From the human T2T-CHM13v2.0 reference genome, Homo sapiens, in assembly GCF_009914755.1 (NCBI RefSeq), contig NC_060936.1: DNA of 64,000 bases; one strand, given 5' to 3'. The notes below the pieces were generated by a model that was given only the letters and a program-made list of their open reading frames with translations, did no database searches and was not told the DNA's origin. Positions within the stretch are counted from its first letter, which is position 1. Every line of letters begins with the position of its first letter. This document shows, piece after piece, positions 30,300 through 43,545 of this stretch. The translations under genes and the position numbers were made by a program.

Positions 30300-31030
30300 A
30301 AGGATAGACAACTTTATAATACAGATATAATGAAATTTAAAAAAAAAAATTTATCTACTTATATGTATCTCGGTTGTCGTTGCCAGAACACTGCTATACC
30401 CTTTGTGTTATTGTTTTTATATGTTTAGATATTTGTAGAAGTATTTCTTTCGACCAGATATGTATGTTGTTTTGCTGGATCATAGAATATATACATTTAA
30501 GCTACTAATTGATAGGCTTAGCAAAGTTTCCTGCCAAACATTTTGGATTGTTTTTCCTCACTACTCGTTTACCCAAACCATTACTAATGCTTGGTGTTAT
30601 AAATCTTTTACTGTTTTGCCAATTTTGTAAATGAAAGTTGTTTTTATTATGTTGATTTGCAATTTAATTATAGTGGACATAAGTGGCTTTATATATATAT
30701 ATATTGGTTATTTACATTTTGTTTGAATTGTCTATTCACTTCCTTTTTCAATTTTGTCCTTTAGTGATTTTTTAGAAGCTCTCTGTTTGGATATGTTTTA
30801 TCTTCTCTGTGTGGCAAACATTTTCTCACAGACCATTTCCTCCTTTGCTTATGGTTTATTTTCTTATGTAGAAGTTTTTATCTTCATTTAGTCAGATACA
30901 TTAGGAATATCCTTGGCAGTCTATGAATTCATATTATTTTTAAAGGTTATAATTTCAAGATTATAAAATAGTCCCTCATATTTTCTTTTAATCGTACAAC
31001 TTTATACTTCTGTTTTTTCTCTCTTTGGAG
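30300..31030 (-). mobile_element. Very old antisense L1 (L1M/ME-like) fragment
   Basis: TTGCTGGATCATAG, TGTCTATTCACTTCCTTT and GCAAACATTTTCTC resemble antisense ORF2 3' end. Confidence 0.6.
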
Positions 31031-31039
31031 TTTATTTAC

Positions 31040-31406
31040 TTACTTATATAAGTAACTATATATAAGTAATATAGTTACTTATATAAGTAACTATATATAA
31101 GTAATATATAAGTAACTATATATAAGTAATATAGTTACTTATATAAGTAACTATATATAAGTAATATAGTTACTTATATAAGTAACTATATATAAGTAAT
31201 ATAGTTACTTATATAAGTAACTATATATAAGTAATATAGTTACTTATATAAGTAACTATATATAAGTAATATAGTTACTTATATAAGTAACTATATATAA
31301 GTAATATAGTTACTTATATAAGTAATATAGTTACTTATATAAGTAATATAGTTACTTATATAAGTAATAAACTATATGTAAGTAATATAGTTACTTATAT
31401 AAGTAA
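31040..31406. repeat. AT-rich palindromic minisatellite, 35-bp unit TTACTTATATAAGTAACTATATATAAGTAATATAG
   Basis: 11 copies of the core TTACTTATATAAGTAA; six perfect 35-mers plus shorter (21-bp) and longer variant units. Confidence 0.96.
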
Positions 31407-31950
31407 ATATATATGGCCTCTGTGTTTTGTGCTCTTCGTTTCTGCTGTGAGGACAGAGTAATGACTCTGCTCTGATAGGCAGTTTGGCAGAATATGACAG
31501 ATGTGCCACAGAATCCCAGAACTGAAATTTCTATTCCAACCAACAACAGGAAGAGAGACAGATTGTGAACTAGCACACAAATGGAGTTTTTTTGTGTCTA
31601 TCTCGAATAACATTCATTGAATAACTACCATTAGCAAAAATATTCATTGAATAAACACCAGGTTCAAGTGTCACATTAAAATATTACTAAAAATAACATT
31701 TTATGGTATATTAATGTTACTTTTGGAGTGAAATTCCTAAAGAACATAGATGTAAAATGTTGAGCTCTTCATAAGGAGTGATATGAAGTTTTTCTTCCCC
31801 AGATCTCTGAAACTTTTTGCCTTTTAAAAACTAGTGTTCATCTTTTTAATTTCTTCAAATATGCTTGACCCTCCCCAAGTTCTAGCATTAAAAAATGGGC
31901 CACAAATGCAAAAAAGGGTGGCAGCTAGGGCACATTTTAGCAGAATTTGA

Positions 31951-32394
<444 letters not shown>

Positions 32395-33638
32395 TAATTC
32401 TCTTCTAGGTCTCCTTCCTGTCACCTCAACTCCATCTGCAGATTCATATCAGTGACTCAGGCAAAATGTGTTGATCGTGGTGACAGAAGTAATAAATATT
32501 TAAACATAAAGACTTCTGTCCTTATACTTGATAGTTTTCTATACATAGAAAATTTATCTTTTTATGTTACCTCTTTTATTTAATCTTTCATGTTACTTGC
32601 AAAACGTTTTCTCTTCTATATGCCAGGCGCTTTTCTAAGGTGATAAGGATATTGCAACAACAACAACAAAACAAAGAAGGCAGAAATCCTTGCTCCTTTC
32701 TAGTGCAGATTCTGTTTAAAATTCATTGACTCCTAAAGCTAAAGGTTCTTTACTCTTTGATTCTCTTGAATGATATACTTCAAAATACCCTCCTGACTTT
32801 CCAATACACAATCAGTTTTGAACCCAGAACAGTTTTAGTCAATTATAGATTATTTAAAGTAAAATATATCCTTAGTGATTTCTATAAATATATATTTTAT
32901 ATGTAAAAGGAAGAAATTACACAAACATTCTTTTTACATATATGGCATGAGTTTTATGAAAGTAAATTGTAGGAGGATCCTCACCCAGTTTAGATCTCAA
33001 TATTAATTAAAAATAAGTCATATTAAAGACAAATCAGTGTCAGTGGTCTCTGGTATATTCAGCACAGTTATTTATTTAGTAAACAATCAGCTATCCCTTT
33101 GAGCTGGTGGTCAGTCAGTAACATCTGTGCTTCTGCTGTTGTGAGTCTCTTCTCTCAGGAATGTGATCTTCATAACTTTGTCAATAACATATTTACATAG
33201 TTTCCTTCCAATATGAAATTCCCTGATAAAGATATACCTAAGTATAATATGATAGTAAGGAAATGGAGAGAGAGATTAACTGGTTCCTTCAGGTCTCAAA
33301 TTAGACCTGAGGTTAGTGACAGATTTAAGGCAAGAAATCTGGTATTTAAGAGTGTTTGAGTTTTCTCTTCCAACTGAATTACCTTCTAAGATGCACATTC
33401 AGATGTTTAAGAGACACTGGAAACTATTTAATATCAGAGCTATTCTTAAATCCCAAGGTGACATATAATTCACTTCTCAAAATTTTTTACCTTCTTTGGA
33501 AGAGCAGAATGTCTTTGTGAACTATGCCTATGTGGTTGGTTTATTAGGAGTGATTAGCCGCAGATAAAAGTGGGTTGTGGTTCTGTGTGTTATGACTGTT
33601 GCTGAAGTTATAGGAAAAAGACCTTCGGTTTAACTTTT

Positions 33639-33850
33639 TCTTTTCTTTTTTCTTTCTCTCTTTCTTTTTTTTTTTTTTTTTTTTTTGAGACGGAGTCTTA
33701 CTCTGTTGCTCAGGCTGGAGTGCAGTGGCGTGATTTTCGCTCACTGCATGTTGGCCAGGCTGGTCTCAAACTCCTCGTGACCTCAAGTGATCCACCCGCC
33801 TTGGCCTCCCAAAGTGTTGGAATTACAGGCGTGAGCCACTGCGCCTGGCC
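33639..33850 (-). mobile_element. AluS with internal deletion
   Basis: Right-arm end CTCACTGCA is fused directly to left-arm TGTTGGCCAGGCTGG at 33747-33749; TSD GTTTAACTTTT on both sides. Confidence 0.92.
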
Positions 33851-34343
33851 CAGTTTAACTTTTAAGGTCAAGAACCACTTTAGAGTGTTGGTGCTCATCC
33901 TAGTGATCCCAGACTCTTGTCTCAGTGCAGATGATGCTACATGTCCTGTTTAGGATATGGTGGGAGAAGAAATAAGAAGGGGAACAGCAGGTTGGCCAGC
34001 AGCGTCTCCTATTAAGAGGAGTTGACACTGATGACATTACCCATATCTCTGTTGTCTAAGTTACATTAATCATAAGAGAAGTGGTGCATTTTATGAAAGA
34101 CTTGAGCTCCTTTCATTTGTGAATGAAGATAATAAAGTCAATAATACTTGGGGGTATGACTGTGGTGCAAGGTGATATAAATTAATTCATGCCCCCAAAC
34201 AAGTGACTTTTGAGGAAGAACTTCTCATAATAACTAATATGTGTGTATAGGTGTGTAAATCCTGTTGAATAAATATAACTATAAAATTATCCCAGAGGCA
34301 ATTGACTCTCACTCCTATAATCACATATTTGTATAAGCATTGA

Positions 34344-34670
<327 letters not shown>

Positions 34671-34872
34671 GCTTATTTTTATAATATGCATTCATTTTGG
34701 TCAGAGAGTCTTTTATTAAATTTCTGAGCACTCAAATTTTAGATAGGTGATATTAAACCAATGTAATTTAGTCAATTCACTTCTAATTAAAAGCTTGTTT
34801 CCTTCTATTATATTACATAAAATTTAAGAGATATAAAATATTCTGGGTAATGAAGTCAAGTCTCTTTCCTAG

Positions 34873-35082
<210 letters not shown>

Positions 35083-38000
35083 TGAGTTATAAATTACAGG
35101 AGAAGGAAGGCTAACCAATTACATTTGGTTGGAGGTCAGCTTTGAAGATGGAAAGGGTACATGGTTCAAATGCAGAGCAGTATAGGGGTTAACATCAGAT
35201 AATTAGGCTTAACATCTGTTGTGTGGCCTTATATATAAGTGGAAAGAGTGACTTGATGTGATCTCTGCCATTGTGACCTTAGATGGGAAGGGTTAAGCCC
35301 AGGATAAAGGTAGGTAATTTTATCTACATTGAGATTCATACCGAGACCCTTAAATCAAAAGCATACAACTTGACATTTGCATTTGATATGAGATCCCCCA
35401 GCCCAGTCATTAGCCTCCCACAAGACCAGCTGTCTTAGCGTTGTACAAAAGACAAAAGAGCAAATCAAAAGTAGATCATCCTAAGAACACCTAGATATGT
35501 TCAAACATTTGGTAATTTAAACTTTTCTGAGGATATTAATTCCAATTTTTGAAAGCAACTTAAAAGCCAGAATTATCAAAACTAAAGAAAAGGTTATATT
35601 AACATCTAAAAAGAATCTTGAAGAAAATAGCTAAGGAAAGTGCATTTAGAGGGAGATACTGTGTCCTTTTCTATTTAGAATAAAAATATTATACTTATCT
35701 TACTTTATTCAAATTCATTAATTGTGAGAACATTTACCGTATGATTTCAGGTTTTTGAAACACATGTATAAGTTTTATCAATGACCTAATGAATGAAAAA
35801 ATATCCACATCTATGTCGTATTATATGACAGCAATATCAGAAGTAATTTTCTCCTGATCGTTAGCCTGGGATATAAATAAACCACCATACTGAGACTAAT
35901 AGAAATATTTCAGATGATAAGAATTTAATGACTGCTGACCTTTCTTTTTTGATTAAAAATTTTTAATTGGTTTCTTCCATATTATTTGTATTCTAAGACA
36001 TCTATAGAATTGGAAACAAACTCAAATGTCATTGTATATTTTATATGTCAGTATAATCCCACTCCATCCTATTACCTGGACTTTTGTAAAACTTGTAAAT
36101 GAGACAAGAAGAGATTATGTAGTGTTTCATGAAAATTTCCTGACGGTTGAAATTAATTAGAAGTCAATGATCAATATTTTTCTCTAAAAATATTGGTCAT
36201 TGACAATTGCTACAGCAGCAAATACTGATAAATGCTAATAGTATTATAGTTAACTATTGCTTAATAAAATGAATTATGTTTTCAGCGTGTATCATTAGAG
36301 TCTGCCCATTTTGCCAGTGCAACTTGCTAAGTTTCCTGTCATAGTATAGGTAATGCTTCATGATTTCCTTCCCATAGAATGACTCTATGAAAAATCCACT
36401 CATGCCTTCTCAAATGCCTTTTATTCTGTTATTCTTTGTTACTTGTAGTCAAATCCTATCTCCCCTGCTTTTCTCTTCTCTTAGTCAATTAAATGAACTT
36501 GAGGGTTTAAATTGAAATGATGACAAGGAAGGAAGTTCCAAGGACTTTTAAGAACTTAACGCCCAAGGATCTTGTCATTCTTCTTTGTAAAATGGATCAT
36601 CCAAATATTTACAATAGAAATAAGGAAAATACTTACAATAGACATAAGGAATAGCATACAATTCCATTCATTCTCATTCTCTCATTCCTGAAAATACTCG
36701 TAGGTGTCTTGTCTGGACATTCATTTTCCTCACTGCCTAATATACTATCTCATAATCTCACTGTCCTATGAAAAGTACTGATGTAAAAATCTGAAAGCAA
36801 TATAATTCCTTCATCATTGTGAAGAAAGGAAATTCATTCTGAATAGAATTTGATCCCTTTAAGGGAAAACTATTTATAAGTAAGTGGCAGTAGTACCACC
36901 ACTAAATACAGCTAGTTTTGGCTTGATTATAAATCACAGTCAAAACCTTCTTTTGAGTTTTAGCCCTGAAATTGCTTCCCTTTTAGCCCTTTTATTTATT
37001 CCTTTCCATATCTTTTCATTTATTGGGTTTCTTTGAGGAAGGACTACATTGATCAAAAGAAGAATAAGAATGAGAAATAATAAAAATTAGAAACACAACT
37101 TAACTCATATTCCTTTATATATACAGCTGGATAATTTACCCCTGGGTAATTTTAAATACAGTCTGGTAGAAAGCACACTGGACTGAGAATCTGAAGGGTC
37201 TTGGCCCTACCAACCACTCAGAAATGAAATGTACTGTGTTCTTAGAGGCAAGTCATTAGCCTGCCAGAATCTCCGTACCCAATTACAAGGAGTCATTAGG
37301 AAAAAGGGGAACTATGACATAATTGGAGGGGTAAATTAGATGGAAGAATACAAGTAGGTGCTTAAAAAATAGGCTTTAGAGAAATAGGAAAAGCTGAAAT
37401 AAATCAGACCCTAAATGATTCCAAGTTGACCTTGGAATTGACCCCTGCCTGTGTATTCAGGCAAAAAGAAGGCAGTAAACTTGGCAAAAGAGACTGTTAC
37501 CTGATCAGACTTTAAGGACTTAGAATGGAGTCATTACGGGGATAATAAGAGCATAAGACCACCTTTGGGAAGAAGATTGAGATCTTCCATCACAGGCACA
37601 TAGATAATTTTCCTCTGCTGTGCCAGCATGAGAAAACCGTGTAAAGCCTTTCCTAAGCTGTTCTGCTTTACAGAATCCAAATTATTTCATATTCATGAAA
37701 TTTAAACAGGAATCAGGAAATAAAGGACAGCGATGAAAAGCTGAAAACTGTGAGGGTCTCACACAGCAATATATGAAAGCACCTGTGAACTATAATGCAT
37801 TTATATATAATATAATACATTGATTTATTGTATTAATAGTAAAATACAATTATTTAGTGTATTAAGAATGTGATATGACTAGGATGTTATTTATCTTGAG
37901 TTCATTAAATCTGCATTTATTAAAGATACTCTAGTGTATTTTGCAAACTTGAAAATGAACACATTTTAAATGTTTTTATTTGAAAAAAATAGTAAATTGT

Positions 38001-39915
38001 TGAGATAGCCTTCATAATATATCTTTCTGATATATTAAAACATTCAGTTACTGTAAGGCATTGTCTTTAAAAAGGCTACTTAGAAAAGTAAAAGTAATAA
38101 CCTATTCACTGTATTATGTAATGAGAACTGCAAACATTTGGGCCACATATACATTACATAATATTTCTTCACAGTAATCAGTTAGTCAATCCAGCAAAAT
38201 GAATTAAAAGGGACCAGCATCACGAGAAAATAGTCAGTGTTGTTATCTGTTTCAGATCCAAAGTTTCTTTCAGCTCATTATTTCCTAAATGCCAAGAACT
38301 TGTGAAATACCTAGGATGTGCTTTCTGAGGAAGATGTCAAAGAAATATTTTTATGCCTTACTTAATTGCATTTTATAATTGCTGAAGGTCATACCACATT
38401 TCAAATGTCCTCATATATGGAAAACTGCTATTAGAAGTAAGGAGAAAAGATGAAGTTTTAAAATACCTGGGTCAGTAGTTGAAGAAAAATCTCTCTGAAA
38501 TGGAAAAAAAAAATTGAGATAACAAGTGTCAGAGTGTCAAATTGACCTCAACACAAATTACACATCTTACCCATTGCCGAATTTACTAGTAATTAATGGA
38601 TACAGACAATAGTAAGACCCATGCTTAGCATTCTTTCCTTTGAGAGGTCTATTAGTACAATTTTCTGAAAGTCCCTTTATTCCACATTAGCACATGTTCT
38701 GGTTTGGATTTAGCATGCAGTGTTCTAAGCAATGCATGCATAATATTACTTGCACAGAGGGAACCATTTTAGCTCTGGAACCTCTCCAAATTATATCGTA
38801 TTAATTATAAGCTTATATGGCAATCTCCATGCATCCATGAGCCCATAATTCTATCAATTTTAGGTTTATTTACAATAGGCTACCCAGACAGACCAAGCAC
38901 ATCCTGCTTACATTGCCAATCTAAGATTGGCAAAAGATCAAATTGTCAAATCATATTTACGTAAATTATAGATTGTACCCAGTACCAAATTTACTAGTGC
39001 TTGAAAGGACACAGGTGTTAGCAAAACACAGACCAAGCACTTTTCCCTTGGAGCAGTCCAAGATTGTCAACACAACTTTCGAAATTCCCTTCTCTCCCAC
39101 ATTAGGATGGAGTCTATTTCAGATTCAACATGTATAAGTTTTAAGCAACACATGCAGAGAAATTTTGTCTTGGAATACCTCCAAAATTTATATCACAATC
39201 ATTGCATGACTTACATAACATTCTCTAGTTCAGTCTTCCATGAATCTATTAATTCCACATTTATTTGCAATAAGCAACCTAGGCAGACCAAGTACATCTT
39301 GGTAAAAGCATTTGCTAGAGGAAGATTCTCCATTGCCTTTCTCCTAGTTCCTATCATCAGTGTGTTTAGCATCAGCTCCATTGTTGGCATGTCCCTTTTT
39401 ACAAATTCCCTTGTAAAAAGGTAATTTGACTAGATCATTTCCGTCACAAGGAAATAATGCAAAAAAACACACCATTATTTATGAATGATTTCATGGTCAT
39501 TCAATTTTTGAATACAGATCCACCAAAAATAATAGAGTACTGAAGTAAACATTATGACACTTACAGCTTATGTAAATTCACCCGCATCTTAACCAGTTAA
39601 TCTGTAAGCCTCTTTTAGAAAATCTGTGAGGAACGTAATTTTAGAGTACAGTGAGAAGGTGTTTAATTTTTATTAATTGGATAATAAGAAAGTTATCTTT
39701 CCTCTTTGTTAACCCAGTATGCTTGATGAGTAACTGCTATATCCCTGCAACAGAGATTGTTTTTACATAATCTGTTTCATCATTTGGAAGTACAGTGGTT
39801 CTGTCACTGAACCTGAACCAATACTCAGATTGGCAAATCTATTAGAGAAATGATGGTTGGGTTCTGGCAAGACTGGCCCAATAACTGATGAATAATTTGT
39901 TTAATTTTCTTTTAA

Positions 39916-40059
<144 letters not shown>

Positions 40060-41299
40060 TAACTTAACTGGAGAAGGGTTCATACTGTGAGTGTGGAGTT
40101 CTAGAGTAAACCAGACCTTAAGCGTTGAAATATTCTGAGGGTGCCCTATATTCAGATATGTTTGGTTTGTCTGTTCTAATAACCAATTAGTTATTTTTTA
40201 GAAGTCTCAATAACCAATTAGTTATTTAAATTTCTACCTTATGTGATGATACAGATTCCTTCAAAGTTGTTGTATCAGATTTCCTATCTTGAACTAATTA
40301 GATGCATAGGAAATCACTTTTACCATCAAGGATCATCTGTGGTAGCATCATCTCATAATAGAAATTCCAATTTTTTAGTGTCTGTTAAAATTATTTTTCA
40401 GGAGTATGATATATATGAATTCAAGAAAGTGTTTTATTTACTACACATGAGCTATGATAAGGAATTTAGATATCAAAATTAAGAATAATAAAGCTTTAAA
40501 TGGGAACATGAAATGATATCAGGGAAGACTACCTCATTTGTTCAGGGTCCTTGCTCACCCAAAACTGTAAAAGGAGTTTTTGTCAGATTCTGTCTCTGAA
40601 TTGCCTTTCCCCTAGAAGCCCAACTAAGAACCTGGGAGATTTCCTCTGACCTTTCCTTTTTGGAATCTAACTTCATGGTTTCACTTCTCAGTATTACAGA
40701 AAATATCAATGAGATTTTCAGTAACTTCCTGCTTAGTTTCTTAATCTTCTGCCTTTAGCAGTTTAAGAGTTCATCAAATGGTTAAAAGGAAAACTGCCCA
40801 CTTCCCACTGAGATATGAAACATTCAAGTTCAGGCTTCCATGGCAACCCCAAACTCCAATTTTTATGTCACCAGCCTCATGACATTGCTAGAAGCTCTGC
40901 TGGCTTGCCTCCCAAATAGCTGCACCCCTCTGTCTGGATCCTTCACTTCTTACTCCATGCCAATAGTCAGTAAATCATGCTATGAAGGGAAGAACAATTT
41001 GCAGGATTTTGGCTCACCTTTCTGAGGTTCTCTTCTTTATGGGAACCTAGTCCCTCAGAATTGTGTGCTTTGCCTCGATAGCTTTTTTGTACCATTTTAT
41101 TGGAATTACATCAGTAAAATAGACCATTAAGGTAATCTACTTTTCCAACAACTAATCTGGTCCTCTCTGCTCTTTAGAAATGTTCATTAAATTTTGTCAC
41201 TTAGAAGTCATTATTGACCTGCTAATAAAATTGAGCTTTCATCAGGGCCAGGCAATGTAGGCTAATGTAGGCAAATACTTAAATTGAGATATTCCTGAA

Positions 41300-42700
41300 G
41301 GCAAATACGGATTTGCTCAGTAATAAGGAGAATCATCTGGGACCCCAGCAAGGTAGAGAAACTGCATTTGAGAATTCCACATTAAACCCAAGACTCTTAA
41401 AGGGGTGCTAAAGTGGTTTTAGGTATGTAGGACCCCTTGGCTCCCTACAAAAATATATATGGATACTTTTGGAAGGGAAGCATCACCAGTTAAGGGCCAT
41501 GAGATTTTATCAGATCAGATTCAAACATGGAGCTTACAACCAGGATCACTAATTGCACAAAGAAACACCATGAGTTTGAGTTAACAGAAACAAAAATACA
41601 ACTTTCTAGATCTGTAAAAGGGTTAAAATATTTAAATTAAAATTTAATTTAAAAATTTACATATTTAAGGAAAAATAATAGCAATGAGAAAAGACATAAC
41701 TGCAGAGCAGCTAAATGTAACTTTTGGAAATGTAGTCAAGGAAATATTAAATAGCATAGTAGACTACTGAAGAAAGAATTATTAAACTGGGTAGAGAAAG
41801 ATCGGAAGAAATTATCCAGAAAGCAACACAGATGAAGAATTGGGAAGTATAATAGATTTTAGGAGATATAGAAAAATGAGTCTAATGTACATGATATATG
41901 TAATCATAGTTTTAGTAGCAGATAGAAGACAAAAATACTTAGGTGAAGCCTAGTAAATGGAAAGAAACTCACACGTAGATACAAAATAGTGAAACTACAC
42001 AACACCAAAGATATACACAAACAAAAATCCTAAGGTCTACCAGAGAAAAGACAAATTTCCTTTTCAGAAAAGGCAGTCAGGCTGAGAGCAGAGTTGTCAG
42101 AAATACTGGCAGTCAGAACACAGCAGAATATTTTCTTCAAATTTCTGAAACAATATGGTAACCTAAAATTTTGTGCCTGGCAGATGCATCTTACAAGAAT
42201 AGGAGTGAACTAAAGACAATTTGAAAGAAGTCAAAACTTTACCACCCGCCAAATCTTTACTAAAGGAATTTATGATGGATATATTCTAGAAAGAATATAT
42301 GATGGATATATTCTAGAAAGAATATATGATGGATATATTCTAGAAAGAATATATGATGGATGTATTCTAGAAAGAATTTATGATGGATGTATTCTAGAAA
42401 GAATTTATGATGGATGTATTCTAGAAAGAATTTATGATGGATGTATTCTAGAAAGAAGAAGAAGAAGAGAAAGTTTGAGATCTAATGAAAATGTTAAACA
42501 AATCTGAAAACCATGGGTCAATCCAAACAAACATTAAATTCATAAATAATAGTATTTCCAGATTTGTGAATAGTTTTTATAAGATTTTTTAAGGACAGAA
42601 CTAAAATTTCAGACAGTAATAATACGTAATTCAAGAGATGAAATATAAATTTAAGTGTTCTAAATCCATGTGTAGCTCAAAAAGGGGGTTCAGATGAGGA
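41300..42700 (+). mobile_element. Ancient L1 ORF1-region remnant
   Basis: A-rich; AGACTACTGAAGAAAGAATT...GAAGAAATTATCCAGA and TTTACCACCCGCC...CTAAAGGAA resemble L1M ORF1; approximate. Confidence 0.6.
42262..42451. repeat. 27-bp minisatellite, 7 copies, unit AAAGAAT(A/T)TATGATGGAT(A/G)TATTCTAG
   Basis: Head-to-tail copies read directly, each junction forming TCTAGA. Confidence 0.96.
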
Positions 42701-43526
42701 AACTGAGGGAAAAGAAGGTTAAGTAATTTGCTTTCTCTGGGTCATGCAATTAATCCTGAATACTTTCTTTTGTCCTAATGACTTCATACTAGAAAAAAAT
42801 GAGGATGACAAATTGTCATAATTTAAAACTAGGATATTTTGGGTTCTGTCCTTGGGTGGGTACAAGATAATGGAAGGGTTTGGTTTTCTCTTCCTGTTTC
42901 TTCGGTTAAGTAATAACATAAAAAATATTGAATAACCAACATGATAAGATCAAGAAGCTGAAAATTATGGTTAGGGCAGACCCTGGAAATATCAGATCAA
43001 GTGATGGAACAGCCTCATATTCCTGTGTCCTGATCCCCAGTTTGTATGACTGCACTCTAGAAGAAAGAGCAAAGGAGCAAAATGTAAAAGGGAAGGAATG
43101 TCCACATAAGATACCACATGGGCAGGTGGTAGGAATGAGAGCCACAGGCATAGCAAGAGCCCCCTTCCATTCTTGCCATCAAGTGCATAAGGCATTTCTA
43201 TCATGATCATTTTGGAGCGGATTTTGCATTGTGGCATCTTTAGACAGCTGTCACAGCACAGCTAAAAGTTTATAAAATAACCTATATCCCAGGCATGCTG
43301 AATCCAACTAATTAAATTCCTAAAGTTCAGCCAAAAGAGACAAACACATCTATCAAGAATCAGAGAGCCTAAAGAGATTACAACCCTCCCTAATCAGATG
43401 GGCCCTTCTGCTTTAAAATCCTTGCTTCCCTGTTTGGGTTGATGGAGCTAAGTGGTTGTGACATGTTTGATGCAGTTGACTGTGATGCATCCTGGTTTTC
43501 CATAAACTCCATGGAAAGAAGCTGGG

Positions 43527-43545
43527 AAGAGCCCCCTCGTGGCAA
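43527..43545 (-). promoter_or_regulatory. Candidate CTCF site
   Basis: Minus strand TTGCCACGAGGGGGCTCTT matches 15/19 of TGGCCACCAGGGGGCGCTA. Confidence 0.5.

Noticed and set aside
31040-31406. Regular ~35-bp palindromic repeats resembling a CRISPR array
   Set aside because: Units are head to tail with no unique spacers, there are no cas genes, and the context is a primate intron
42262-42451. 27-bp hairpin repeats resembling a CRISPR array
   Set aside because: No spacers; a simple minisatellite inside an L1 remnant
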